Assembly: GCA_964016885.1 (NCBI GenBank)
Contig: OZ024748.1
Coordinates: 53,692,001 to 53,756,000 of the forward strand
Direction: 5' to 3'
Source of the DNA: Eledone cirrhosa
Taxonomy: Eukaryota
Length of the DNA stretch: 64,000 nt
In this document: piece after piece, positions 1-13,772 of the stretch
Position numbering within the stretch: the stretch's first letter is position 1
How the letters are laid out: each line of letters begins with the position of its first letter
Notes under the pieces: generated by a model
The model's database searches: none
What the model was told of the DNA's origin: nothing
Seen by the model: the letters and a program-made list of their open reading frames with translations, nothing else
Made by a program: the position numbers and the translations under genes

Positions 1-602
1 GGTACCTTGGCGATCAGATTAGCATGGGGGGGGGGGGGTCCGCGGCCATAGTATCTAGAATAAGGACAGGTTGGAAGAAGTTTAGGGAGCTACTTCCTCT
101 GTTGATGAAGAAGGGTTTCTCCCTGCGTACGAAAGGCCGGTTTTATGATGCCTGTGTGAGGAGCACGATGCTGCATGGTAGTGAGACATGGGCGGCAACT
201 GCAGAGGATATGCGACGGCTGGAGAGAAATGAGGCAAGCATTCTCCGTTGGATGTGAAATGTCAATGTGTGTGAATGACCCAACATGAATGTGTTGAGAG
301 AGAAACTGTGTCTGAGAGGGATAGAATGTAGTGTGCGAGAGAGGAGACTGAGGTGGTATGGACATGTGATGTGCATAGAGGATGACCGATGGGTGAAGAA
401 GTGCCAGGAAATGCCAGTTGAAGGAAGACGTGGTAGAGGTAGACCACGAAAAACATGGGCGGAGGTGGTGAGAACAGACCTCAGATCGCTGAAGCTCGCG
501 GTGGAGATGACGAAGGACCGTGACAAGTGGAGAGATGCTGTGCTGAATAAGACATGTCCCACCCTTGCAAGCAGGGAAAAGCGGACATAAAATGATGATG
601 AT
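1..602 (+). mobile_element. RTE-clade LINE 3' fragment (RT C-terminal region, in-frame stops) with (ATG)n tail
   Basis: ORFs 24-257 and 285-590 read YDACVRSTMLHGSETW...RRLRWYGHVM...GRRGRGRPRKTW...DRDKWR, typical of the RTE C-terminus; ends gcaagcagggaaaagcggacataaaatgatgatgat. Confidence 0.9.
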
Positions 603-633
603 ATACACATATGTGTGTGTGTATATATATATG

Positions 634-686
<53 letters not shown>

Positions 687-713
687 GTCTATGTGTGTAT
701 ATATATATATATA

Positions 714-1000
714 TCATCATCATCATCATCATCGTTTAACGTCCATCTTCCACGCTTGCATGGGTTTGGACGGGAGTTTTCCCACTTGAGGCAAGAGTGG
801 TTGTCTTGCTCGCATAGGACTGTCTGGCGGGTTATCTACGGCTGGATGCCCTTCCCAACACCAACCACGTTTACAGTATGGACTGGGAGGTTTTTACCAT
901 GTTACCTACACGGCCACATTACAGCGTGGACTGTGTGTTTTTTTGTCGTGACACCTACACGACCTCATTTGTTTCGGACTGGATGTTGTGGTACCAACAT
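714..1000 (-). mobile_element. SINE with RTE-like 3' tail ((CAT)n on +)
   Basis: (cat)n-cgtttaacgtccatcttccacgcttgcatggg...ggctggatgcccttcccaacaccaacc; close copy at 48795-49085. Confidence 0.8.
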
Positions 1001-1589
1001 AACTTTACATTGAAAGGGGTGGTGTGGATGGGGTGGGGGTAGTGGGACGGGGGTGTATTTTTGTTAGAGGTGCCTACTGACTGTAGTAGGTTTCAATTTG
1101 TACTTAGGTAAGGTGGGTCTTCTGTATTACTGTGTAGCGCCAAAGATCTCGGTCCAGTGACATTGTCTTGGAGAGGTGTAAGTGTGTGAGGTCGGAATAT
1201 ATATATATATGTATATATATATGTGTGTGTGTGTGCTTTTGTGTTTGTATATAAACGGTAAACAAATATCAAAAATAAGAAAACAAACGACACAGTACAT
1301 GGAAGAAATATATTAGTTTAATGCTTGAAATAGCAGGAAGAGAGTCTTATATATATACACACATAATATATATACAGGTATACTTCACCCTATGTCATTA
1401 ATTTGTTCCAGAAGTCAAGACTTAAGGTGAAAAACGCGGAATATTGCCTATCCCCCATAAACTCCTAACAGGTATTACCTACATTACTTTATGCTGTATA
1501 TTTTAACATTTATTTAAATGAGATTTCATGTTTTTATTGATTATTTTTAGTGTTTTTTGTGGTTTAATATTTTTAGTAGAGCGATGTGA

Positions 1590-2546
1590 AGTTAGGTTGA
1601 CATAACACAAGGTGTATTTTTGGTAGACCAATGTAAAGTTGGGTCAACATAGCACTAGATGTATCTTTGGTAGACCAATGTAAAGTTGGGTCAACATAGC
1701 ACTAGATGTATCTTTGGTAGACCAATGTAAAGTTGGGTCAACATAGCACTAGATGTATCTTTGGTAGACCAATGTAAAGTTGGGTCGACATAACACTAGA
1801 TGTATTTTTGGTAGACCAATGGAAAGTTGGGTCAACATAACACGAGGTCTATTTTTGGTAGACCAATGTAAAGTTGGGTCAACATAACACGAGGTCTATT
1901 TTTGGTAGACCAATGGAAAGTTGGGTCAACATAACACAAGGTCTATTTTTGGTAGACCAATGTAAAGTTGGGTCAACATAACACGAGGTCTATTTTTGGT
2001 AGACCAATGTAAAGTTGGGTCAACATAACATGAGGTCTATTTTTGGTAGACCAATGTAAAGTTGGGTCAACATAACACGAGGTCTATTTTTGGTAGACCA
2101 ATGTAAAGTTGGGTCAACATAACACGAGGTCTATTTTTGGTAGACCAATGTAAAGTTGGGTCAACATAACACTAGATGTATCTTTGGTAGACCAATGTAA
2201 AGTTGGGTCAACATAGCACTAGATGTATCTTTGGTAGACCAATGTAAAGTTGGGTCAACATAACACTAGATGTATTTTTGGTAGACCAATGTAAAGTTGG
2301 GTCAACATAACACTAGATGTATTTTTGGTAGACCAATGTAAAGTTGGGTCAACATAACACTAGATGTATTTTTGGTAGACCAATGTAAAGTTGGGTCGAC
2401 ATAAGGCGAGATGTATTTTTGATAGACCGATGTAAATTTGGGTCGACATAAGGCGAGATGTATTTTTGGTAGACCAATGTAAAGTTGGGTCAACATAGCA
2501 CTAGATGTATCTTTGGTAGACCGATGTAAAGTTGGGTCGACACAAC
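1590..2546. repeat. 47-bp tandem minisatellite, about 20 copies
   Basis: Unit ggtcaacataacactagatgtatttttggtagaccaatgtaaagttg; gggtcaac at 1641 and 1688 gives period 47. Confidence 0.95.
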
Positions 2547-2940
2547 CCTGAGTACCTTTTTGATTTCCATGTGTCTAACATACGTGGGCATGCCCACAAA
2601 GTCAGAAAACAGCACAGCACCCATGATTTTCGGAAACATTTTTTCATGCTCAGAATTGCTGAAGCATGGAACAAACTACCTGCATCAGTTATTAGCTGTC
2701 GAGACTCTGCATCCTTTAAAACCTCCATGCTTCCTGAGGTTTGCCAACACTACACCTAATATTCCCCCTCCATACACACGCACACATCTATATCATGACT
2801 CATACACTATTCACTTCCCTGACATTTGTCTGGCCTTCTGCCTAAAGTAGAAACAATTATTCTATGTACTATACATGCACCTTTGACGAGTTGTAGTGCA
2901 CCTGAGCACTGTGCACAATAATTTCATTATTATTATTATT
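2547..2940 (+). mobile_element. CR1-like LINE 3' end with (ATT)n tail
   Basis: IRGHAHKVRK...RKHFFMLRIAEAWNKLPASVISCRDSASFK matches the CR1-type C-terminal motif; tail cattattattatt; the same 3' UTR recurs at 40185-40285. Confidence 0.8.
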
Positions 2941-3036
2941 ATAACACTAGATGTATTTTTGCTGTATAATATTAAGAAAAACTGCCATAACTTCGAAAAT
3001 GATGAAATACGAAACGATGTAAGCTGAGGTGTATCT

Positions 3037-5700
3037 AGTGTAGTGCGGTGTGGTGTGGTATTGGTGTGGTGTAGTGTTTGTGGTGTGGTGTGGCACAGTG
3101 TAGTGCGGTGTGGTGTAGTGTTTGTGGTGTGGTGTAGTGTAGTACAGTGTAGTGTGGTGTGGTGTGGTATTGGTGTGGTGTAGTGTTTGTGGTGTGGTGT
3201 AGTGTAGTACAGTGTAGTGTGGTGTGGCACAGTGTAGTGTGGTGTGGTGTGGTGTGGTGTAGTGTTTGTGGTGTGGTGTAGTGTAGTACAGTGTAGTGTG
3301 GTGTGGTGTGGTATTGGTGTGGTGTAGTGTAGTACAGTGTAGTGTGGTGTGGTGTGGTATTGGTGTGGTGTAGTGTTTGTGGTGTGGTGTAGTGTTTGTG
3401 GTGTGGTGTAGTGTAGTACAGTGTAGTGTGGTGTGGTGTGGTATTGGTGTGGTGTAGTGTTTGTGGTGTGGTGTAGTGTAGTACAGTGTAGTGTGGTGTG
3501 GCACAGTGTAGTGTGGTGTGGTGTGGTGTGGTGTAGTGTTTGTGGTGTGGTGTAGTGTTTGTGGTGTGGTGTAGTGTAGTACAGTGTAGTGTGGTGTGGT
3601 GTGGTATTGGTGTGGTGTAGTGTTTGTGGTGTGGTGTAGTGTTTGTGGTGTGGTGTAGTGTAGTACAGTGTAGTGTGGTGTGGTGTGGTATTGGTGTGGT
3701 GTAGTGTTTGTGGTGTGGTGTAGTGTTTGTGGTGTGGTGTAGTGTAGTACAGTGTAGTGTGGTGTGGTGTGGTATTGGTGTGGTGTAGTGTTTGTGGTGT
3801 GGTGTAGTGTAGTACAGTGTAGTGTGGTGTGGCACAGTGTAGTGTGGTGTGGTGTGGTGTGGTGTGGTGTGGTGTAGTGTTTGTGGTGTGGTGTAGTGTT
3901 TGTGGTGTGGTGTAGTGTAGTACAGTGTAGTGTGGTGTGGTGTGGTATTGGTGTGGTGTAGTGTAGTACAGTGTAGTGTGGTGTGGCACAGTGTAGTGTG
4001 GTGTGGTGTGGTGTGGTGTAGTGTTTGTGGTGTGGTGTAGTGTTTGTGGTGTGGTGTAGTGTAGTACAGTGTAGTGTGGTGTGGCACAGTGTAGTGTGGT
4101 GTGGTGTGGTGTGGTGTAGTGTTTGTGGTGTGGTGTAGTGTAGTACAGTGTAGTGTGGTGTGGCACAGTGTAGTGTGGTGTGGTGTGGTGTGGTGTAGTG
4201 TTTGTGGTGTGGTGTAGTGTAGTACAGTGTAGTGTGGTGTGGCACAGTGTAGTGTGGTGTGGTGTGGTGTGGTGTAGTGTTTGTGGTGTAGTGTAGTACA
4301 GTGTAGTGTGGTGTGGCACAGTGTAGTGTGGTGTGGTGTGGTGTGGTGTAGTGTTTGTGGTGTGGTGTAGTGTAGTACAGTGTAGTGTGGTGTGGCACAG
4401 TGTAGTGTGGTGTGGTGTGGTGTAGTGTTTGTGGTGTGGTGTAGTGTAGTACAGTGTAGTGTGGTGTGGCACAGTGTAGTGTGGTGTGGTGTGGTGTGGT
4501 GTAGTGTTTGTGGTGTGGTGTAGTGTAGTACAGTGTAGTGTGGTGTGGCACAGTGTAGTGTGGTGTGGTGTGGTGTGGTGTAGTGTTTGTGGTGTGGTGT
4601 AGTGTAGTACAGTGTAGTGTGGTGTGGCACAGTGTAGTGTGGTGTGGTGTGGTGTGGTGTAGTGTTTGTGGTGTGGTGTAGTGTAGTACAGTGTAGTGTG
4701 GTGTGGCACAGTGTAGTGTGGTGTGGTGTGGTGTGGTGTAGTGTTTGTGGTGTGGTGTAGTGTAGTACAGTGTAGTGTGGTGTGGCACAGTGTAGTGTGG
4801 TGTGGTGTGGTGTGGTGTAGTGTTTGTGGTGTGGTGTAGTGTAGTACAGTGTAGTGTGGTGTGGTGTGGTATTGGTGTGGTGTAGTGTTTGTGGTGTGGT
4901 GTAGTGTAGGTAGTGTAGTATGGTGTGGTGTGGTGTAGTGTAGTACAGTGTAGTGTGGTGTGGCACAGTGTAGTGTGGTGTGGTGTGGTGTAGTGTTTGT
5001 GGTGTGGTGTAGTGTAGTACAGTGTAGTGTGGTGTGGTGTGGTATTGGTGTGGTGTAGTGTTTGTGGTGTGGTGTAGTGTAGTACAGTGTAGTGTGGTGT
5101 GGTGTGGTATTGGTGTGGTGTAGTGTTTGTGGTGTGGTGTAGTGTAGGTAGTGTAGTATGGTGTGGTGTGGTGTAGTGTAGTACAGTGTAGTGTGGTGTG
5201 GCACAGTGTAGTGTGGTGTGGTGTGGTGTGGTGTAGTGTAGGTAGTGTAGTATGGTGTGGTGTGGTGTAGTGTAGTACAGTGTAGTGTGGTGTGGCACAG
5301 TGTAGTGTGGTGTGGTGTGGTGTGGTGTAGTGTAGGTAGTGTTTGTGGTGTGGTGTAATGTGGTGTGGTACAGTGTAGTGTGGTGTGGTCCAGTGTAGTG
5401 TGGTATGGTGTGGTGTAGTGTTGGTGTAGTGTAGTATGGTGTATTGTGGTGTAGTGTGATACAGTGTGGTGTGGTGTGGTACAGTGTGGTACAGTGTGGT
5501 GTGGTGTAGTGTGGTATGGTGTGGTGTGGTATGGCGTGGTGTGGTACGGTGTGGTGGGGTACGGTGTGGTGTGGTGTTGTGTGGTATGGTGTAGAGTTGG
5601 TGTTGTGTGGTATGGTGTAGAGTTGGTGTTGCGTGGTATGGTGTGGTATAGTGTAGTGCAGTGTGGTGTGGTGTTGTATGGTGTAGTGTTAGTGTGGTGC
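3037..5700. repeat. Pentamer-based (GTGTG/GTGTA) satellite with higher-order variant blocks
   Basis: Continuous gtgtg/gtgta units punctuated by gtaca, ggcaca, gtttg and gtattg variants. Confidence 0.95.
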
Positions 5701-5792
5701 AGAGAGAGAGAGAGACTGCACTGCACCACACTAACACTACACCATACCACACAACACCACACTACACTGCACTACACTGTACCACACCATAC

Positions 5793-5794
<2 letters not shown>

Positions 5795-5831
<37 letters not shown>

Positions 5832-5837
5832 AGTATG

Positions 5838-5868
<31 letters not shown>

Positions 5869-5877
5869 ATATATATG

Positions 5878-5908
<31 letters not shown>

Positions 5909-5917
5909 ATATATATG

Positions 5918-5950
<33 letters not shown>

Positions 5951-5997
5951 ATATATGTATATATATATATGTGTGTGTGTGTATATATATGTATATA

Positions 5998-6052
<55 letters not shown>

Positions 6053-6087
6053 ATGTATATATATATATATATATGTATGTATATATG

Positions 6088-6118
<31 letters not shown>

Positions 6119-6159
6119 ATGTATATATATATATATGTGTGTGTGTGTATATATATATG

Positions 6160-6190
<31 letters not shown>

Positions 6191-6243
6191 ATATGTATAT
6201 ATATATATGTGTGTGTGTGTATATATATGTATATATGTGTGTG

Positions 6244-6278
<35 letters not shown>

Positions 6279-6281
6279 ATG

Positions 6282-6378
<97 letters not shown>

Positions 6379-6400
6379 ATATGTATATATCTATGTATAG
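5795..6400. repeat. (TA)n/(TG)n compound microsatellite, representative of dozens across the window
   Basis: Direct reading; similar tracts at 7950-8650, 9100-9400, 12690-13400, 35290-35715, 46260-46610 and 47350-48070. Confidence 0.95.
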
Positions 6401-6576
6401 CATGGATAGAACAAGTTGACCTTAGGGAGAGAAACAGGTCAGAGGACCATATTTAGCTCACCTTACAAGATTGCGCGAGGAGCACATGACAAAACAATGG
6501 AAAAATGGAGAACACCTCTTATCAGTCAATCTCTGGAAATCACTATAGATTCAGTACATCAAGGTTGATACCTGTG

Positions 6577-6619
<43 letters not shown>

Positions 6620-6751
6620 ACATCCTGAACCTTCATGGTTTGATAAAATACAGATTGATTAAATAAGGACCAGACATGAAAATATAAGTACTGGGGTTGA
6701 TTTAATCACTAAAATCCAAGTGATGTCCTAGCTTGGTCGTAGTCTAATGAC

Positions 6752-7006
6752 TTAAACCATTAAAAGAATACCAGAATGTAAAAAAATGTCTCTTGTTTCT
6801 AGAAAGCTTTGTATGTCAATCTTTAGAGTATAAACATCGCATGCCTGCCCATCATCATCATCATTTTACGTCCGCTTTTCCCTGCTTGTAAAATGATGAT
6901 GATGATGGGCAGGGATGTGATGTTCATACTCTAAAGATCGACATACAAAGCTTTCTAGAAACAAGAGACATTTTTTTTTCATTCTGGTATTCTTTTAATG
7001 GTTTAA
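6752..7006. repeat. Long inverted repeat (arms about 118 bp) with an RTE/SINE tail at the centre
   Basis: ttaaaccattaaaagaataccag...catcatcattttac and gtaaaatgatgatg...ctggtattcttttaatggtttaa, with a few mismatches. Confidence 0.9.
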
Positions 7007-7278
7007 TATATATCATAATATATAAAGAAATTAAAAGGGGTCACATCAGAATGACCCTCAAAATACTCTGTCAAGCTTTAGCTAACCTAGAAAGGTAGTT
7101 ATACCAACAGTAGTGATGATATATCTCTCTTTAGCTCTCAATCTCTCTCCATATATCTGTCTGTCTATCTATCTATCTATATATGCATCTATGTATGTAT
7201 GCACAATGAAATCTTTTCATCTCTTTTCATTTTTCTCTATATTTCTTATGAAAATGAATATAAGTATTTATTAAAATC

Positions 7279-7313
<35 letters not shown>

Positions 7314-7561
7314 AAACAAATATGATATACATACATATGTATGATATATAAATATATACATATATGTGTGTGTGTGTGTGTTGATAATGATATATATATG
7401 TACATATATACGCCCATATATACATATCTCCATACATGTATATATACTTTGATTGCACATAGCTACATATTTGTGAATATTAATTTAAGCGTCTATATAA
7501 CATGTTTAAATTAAATATGTGTATGTACATACATACACATATTTATCTATATATCTATATC

Positions 7562-7627
<66 letters not shown>

Positions 7628-7947
7628 GAATAATTTCTGACTAAGAGCAGATGAAAATACACAACACAAACACTTAAAAATTTCATGACAAAGAAACATA
7701 AAAACAAAAATATCAAACAATACTATTGTAAAATATATTTACATATTTTAAATAATTTTTTCACTATATTAATTATTTCTCCTTGAAGAAATTTATCCTC
7801 AGTCCACCTCCCACCACCCCCACACACTCACTCAAACATATACACACTCCAAGCTTCTAGTTTTTTTTTTTCCTTAATTTTATTTGGCAATATATAAAAA
7901 TATCACGTCTTTTATTCTTGAGAATTGAACAACAAAAAAAAAAGAAT

Positions 7948-7998
<51 letters not shown>

Positions 7999-8077
7999 AT
8001 GTAAATATATATATATATTTATATATATATTTATATATATGTAAATATATATTTATATATATATAAATATATATGTA

Positions 8078-8137
<60 letters not shown>

Positions 8138-8358
8138 TATATTTATATATATATAAATATATATGTAAATATATATATATATATATATATAAATATATAT
8201 TTATATATATATAAATATATATGTAAATATATATATAAATATATATTTATATATATATAAATATATATGTAAATATATATATAAATATATATTTATATAT
8301 ATATATATGTAAATATATTTGTATGTAAATATATATATATATATATATATATTTGTAC

Positions 8359-8392
<34 letters not shown>

Positions 8393-8466
8393 CTATATAT
8401 TTACATATATATATATATATGTAAATATATAGTTATATATATATATATATATATGTAAATATATAG

Positions 8467-8528
<62 letters not shown>

Positions 8529-8607
8529 GTATATTTGTATGTAAATATATTTGTATGTATATATATATATTTATATGTATATTTGTATGTAAATATATAT
8601 GTATTTT

Positions 8608-8651
<44 letters not shown>

Positions 8652-9294
8652 CGCGTATATAAAAGTTTATTTTTCTCTGAAAATATTTTAATTAAACCAG
8701 CTGCTATATTTCAAAATGTTCTCACTCTGACTGTGTTATGTTGATTGAGGTTTTCCATTAAATAATGCACCTATGTGTATGTCTACATAGGCCTCCTGTG
8801 TGTATAAGTATATATATACATGTATATATGTATGTGTGAGACTGTGTGTATGTATATATATGTGTGTGTATGTGGGTGTAAATATCAATGTGTTTATAAT
8901 AAATATGTTAATCTGTGAGTTTAAATAATATACACCATATCTGTGTCGGTTTGCTTTTTTTTAATTTTATTTCTTCCTGCAATAATGTATGTATTTATGT
9001 ATGTAAATATATATTTATATCTGTTTATGTATATATATATGTGTGTGTGTATGTTGAAATGAATTGTGTTAATGTATATAAGAATGTATATAAATATGTA
9101 TATATGTATATATATATATGTATGTATATGTATATATATATATGTATGTATATATATATATATATATGTATGTATATATATATATATGTATATATATATG
9201 TATATATATATATATGTATGTATATATATATATATATATATACATGTATATATGTATGTATATATATATACATATATATATGTATATGTATGTA

Positions 9295-9337
<43 letters not shown>

Positions 9338-9797
9338 ACATGTATATATGTGTATATATATACATGTATATATGTATATAATGTCTAAATGTATATATGT
9401 TTATATATAGAGTTGAATTGTTGTGTAAATATTTATATTTATGTATGGATGTCGAGATGAATGGTTGTGTGGATGGATGGATGGATAGAAAACTGTGTCC
9501 ATGTATGTGTGTAATTGTTTGTGGTTGGTTGTACGTGAGTGGGTCTTTGAGTGTGTTTGTGTGTGAGTGTGTAGTTAATTTCAGAATCTAAAATGGTCAT
9601 TTTTATCTACATACATACATACAATGTAAACATATATCTACACATATCTACAATGAAATACATACATCTACCTCACTCCACACCCTGTCTCTCTCAGCCT
9701 GACCCCCTCTCTTCACACACTGATATATAGTTTTCAATCGGAGTATGTGTGTGTGTATATATATATATGTGTGTGTATATATATATATAGATAGATA

Positions 9798-9847
<50 letters not shown>

Positions 9848-9900
9848 TATCTATCTATATATATCTATAATAAAGAAAGATATCTATATATATATCTATA

Positions 9901-9954
<54 letters not shown>

Positions 9955-10499
9955 TGTCTGTGTATATTTTTTAAATATGCCTTTGTGCATGATTGGTTTT
10001 AAGTTTTAAGTGACGTAAAACTAATATTTCATGTCAAAACTTTATGTGAAACACATGCACTCACGTATTGAAATGCATAACCACATACACACACACATAC
10101 AGAAACACATATCCACACGCTCACAGAGAAACACATAACCACATACACAACACATAACCACAAACACAACACATAACCACACACACAACACATAACCACA
10201 CACACAACACATAACCACACACATGTACACAGAGAAACACATAACCACACATGCACACACATAAAAACACATGCATACATGCTGAAACACTGACATACAC
10301 ATTAGCATGAATGTAATATGTGCGTAAATTAATATACACACCTGAAGTAACTCAAAATAATTTGTGAAGACACAGCTTCTAACCACATTAATGGATGTAC
10401 ACACACACACCACATCACCATAATACATATATATATTTATATGTGTGTGTGTGTGTGTATATATTTGTATGTGTGTTTATATATATATATATATATATG

Positions 10500-10695
10500 C
10501 CACGGAAAAAAAGAACCCAGCACTCACTGTAAATGAGGTTGGTGTTAGGAAGGGCATCCAGCTGTAGAAATCAAGCCAGAATCAGTTCCTGTATGAGCAA
10601 GATAAGGTTAGCTGACCGGTCACTGCCCACAACAGGACAACCTGTCTAACCCTTGCTAGCATGGAAGAACGGACGTAAAACGGTGATGATGATGT
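10500..10695 (+). mobile_element. RTE-tailed SINE, 3' part
   Basis: gttggtgttaggaagggcatccagctgtagaaa...gcatggaagaacggacgtaaaacggtgatgatgatg. Confidence 0.8.
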
Positions 10696-11014
10696 TATAT
10701 ATATACTTCTCTATCCAAAACGTAGAACCCTCTACCAATTCCTCTAAGCATGAACTTGATAAGACTTTGTATATTTGCATTCCTCTTAAAAATTCAGATA
10801 AGTTGAGAAAACAACTATATGTTTGGCTAAGTAAGGCTTAAGCTAGATGTGTCTACAGGAACTTATTGCAAGATCTTGGTGTATCCTGGTGAACCATATG
10901 TCAGCCAATTAATTGTACAATTAACAGTTTGTTGTTTTGTTATGTATATATATGTATATATATATATATAATTTGTTTTCAAGGTTTTTGATATGAAATT
11001 GTGTGTCGAAACAA

Positions 11015-11195
11015 ATATTGTTATACTTGGGGAGGGTCATATTGTTATAATATTGTCAGAAATAATAACAGAACACACTCACTGTTTGGTTTGGGATGCT
11101 TTTCGTTTCTGTATCTTTTATATTTCCATAGTTAATTTATTTGACAATCAATGTTTATCATTGATTGACCAGCGATTAAACATACAGATACATAG

Positions 11196-11229
<34 letters not shown>

Positions 11230-11365
11230 CTATCAAAGGTCTTTCGTTGCACATCTGCATCATCAGTGGTACTATTATGTTTCCTCCGATTGTATTGTAA
11301 TGTCTACGCCATTTTTATTTAATTAATTAATTTATTTCTTCTTGTCTCTGTCTCTGTGCATGCTA
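11015..11365. repeat. Unclassified interspersed repeat (second copy at 30403-30740) with a decayed hammerhead-like motif
   Basis: Shared ttgttata(c/t)ttggggagggtcatattgttataatattg...catcatcagtggtact. Confidence 0.7.
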
Positions 11366-11474
11366 TTTATAACAACCAACTGTATTTACAGTTATTTTCA
11401 TCATTTGAGTTTTCCTAGAACCATTTTATAACTATGTTGCTGAAGACATGAGTACTGTTGAGTTTCAAAGCTTA

Positions 11475-11702
11475 TTAACCCTTTAGTGTTCAAACCGGCC
11501 AAAACCGGCCAGAATTCTTTACCTCTTTCTGTTGAAACTGGCTGTAACTGGTAACTCAAACTGATGTTAAGGTATTGTTCTCAAAATAAATACTTTCAAA
11601 ATCTCATAGATTCGATATTATGTGAGATAATAATGTGAGGTAAAGCCTTTACCATGAAAATATAATAGTATATATAGAGTAATGTGAATGCTAAAGGATT
11701 GA
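11475..11702 (+). mobile_element. piggyBac-type MITE
   Basis: ttaa-ccctttagtgtt at the start and aatgctaaaggattga at the end; homologs at 28405-28904 and 55572-55800. Confidence 0.7.
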
Positions 11703-12370
11703 AACCTTCTCTGGATTAAAATTCTGATGAAAAAAAAAGCTGTTTAATCTTGGTAACAACACTCCTGTCGTAATTTAGCACCAAGATCAATAGCCTGTAT
11801 GATGACACCTACACATTGACCAAACACACATCTAAGTCTAATGATCAAGGTTTAAGATTCAATTCTGATATCGCAAGCCATAGAATGTTGATGATGTAAG
11901 AACTCTATATACCTTCATAACATACATATGACTACAATAAAAAAGGCATTGAAAATACCATGTATGCTCAAATATAAGCTAACCCAGTTATTTTATGTCT
12001 GAGAAATGGGCAAATATCCAAACCTTCTTTTCGTAGAATTTAAAGTTGGTGAAAATTGTCAAAATATTGACCCCAAATATAAGCCGGCATCCTCTCTACC
12101 ATCGATTCTTGGGTCTTATATTCAAATATAGATAGTAAACTAATAACACCCCTGATGATAGGACTGTGAGTGGCTAGAAACTTTGACATAATTATGGGCT
12201 TAGGAGGTTTGTTGTTCCAAGTGATGTGTGGAAGCTTTATTAAAAAAATAAGATTCTGATAAAGAAATTGAAACTTTAAAGTAGTCGTGTCTTCAACAAC
12301 ATTTGTACAAAATACACACACACACACATTATTATATGCATATATATGTATATATGTAAGTATGTGTGTA

Positions 12371-12426
<56 letters not shown>

Positions 12427-12483
12427 TATATAAAATAAAATAAAATAAATAAGTCAAATATTTAAAATCTGGCTTCGTTAATT

Positions 12484-12538
12484 ACTGCTATATATATTTC
12501 GGTGACAGCCATCTTTGGCTGTGACCTCTTCAGGCAGT
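12484..12538 (-). ncRNA. Type I hammerhead ribozyme motif (intact core)
   Basis: Minus strand: actgc CTGAAGA ggtcacagcca-aaga-tggctgtcacc GAAAT atat ATA gcagt; stems I, II and III all pair. Confidence 0.85.
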
Positions 12539-13333
12539 CCGAATTGGTGTGGTAGAGACGAGTACACATGTTGTTGAGGTGTTTAACTTCGTCAATACTC
12601 CGATATGCCCAGTTCCTGGTTGGGTTGTTATTTCTCTGAGGAACTGGAATCATGATGTCGATAAACAACAAACATATACGCAAAATTTATATAAGTATAT
12701 ATGTATATATATGTAAGTATATATGTATATATATATGTAAGTATATATGTATATATATATGTAAGTATATATGTATATATATATGTAAGTATATATGTAT
12801 ATATATATGTAAGTATATATGTATATATATATGTAAGTATATATGTAAGTATATATGTATATATATATGTAAGTATATATGTATATATATATATAAGTAT
12901 ATGTGTATATATATATATATATATGTAAGTATATGTGTATATATATATATGTAAGTATATAAGTATATATATATAAGTATATATATATATGTAAGTATAT
13001 ATGTATATATATATATATATATATGTAACTATATATGTATATATATGTAACTATATATGTATATATATGTAGCTATATATGTATATATATGTAACTATAT
13101 ATATATATATATATATAGTACGTATATATGTATCTATATGTAAGTATATATGTATATATATGTAAGTATATGTGTATATATGTATGTGTGTATATATATA
13201 TATATATGTGTGTGTATATATATATATGTATGTGTATATATACATATATATATATATATATGTATATGTCTATGTATATATATATATATATGTGTGTGTA
13301 TATGTGTATGTATATATATGTGTGTATATATGC

Positions 13334-13389
<56 letters not shown>

Positions 13390-13772
13390 GTGTGTATGTA
13401 TGAATATATATGTCATTTATACAAGCTCATATTAGCAAATAAACAAAGACACCATATTTAATTAATTAAAGTTTCTATTTGACAATTTCTCAACATTTTT
13501 TTTTCAGTTCTAATTTAGAATTGGTTTTATATATACTTCCTGTTCAGTTTCTTCGCCTTTATAGTCTGTTTGAACATGTATATATGTGTGTATATACATG
13601 TGTATATGTGGGTTTGTATGTGAATATATGTGTGTGTATATATATGTGTATATACATTTGTATATGTGGGTTTGTATGTGAATATATGTGTGTGTATATC
13701 ATCATCGTTTAACGTCCATCGTCCACGCTTACATGGGTTTGGAGTCTACATATATATGTGTATATACATTTG

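Larger units (their letters stand above)
1373..3037. mobile_element. Degenerate Tigger/pogo-like MITE hosting a 47-bp array and a LINE insertion
   Basis: Starts ta-caggtatacttcaccctatgtc; the right end cgatgtaagctgaggtgtatcta and array variant cgacataaggcgagatgtat approximate its reverse complement. Confidence 0.5.

Noticed and set aside
1590-2546. CRISPR-like regular array
   Set aside because: Units are contiguous with no unique spacers; eukaryotic context, no cas genes
2862-5762. 780-970 aa His/Thr-rich ORFs
   Set aside because: Open in all three minus frames only because the pentamer satellite lacks stops on that strand
10980-11030. gatat...gtgtc GAAACAAatatTGTT as a hammerhead
   Set aside because: The 3' half looks plausible but CUGANGA is absent
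12145-12200. CTGATGA...GAAA as a hammerhead
   Set aside because: No stem III/NUH and no stem I partner found
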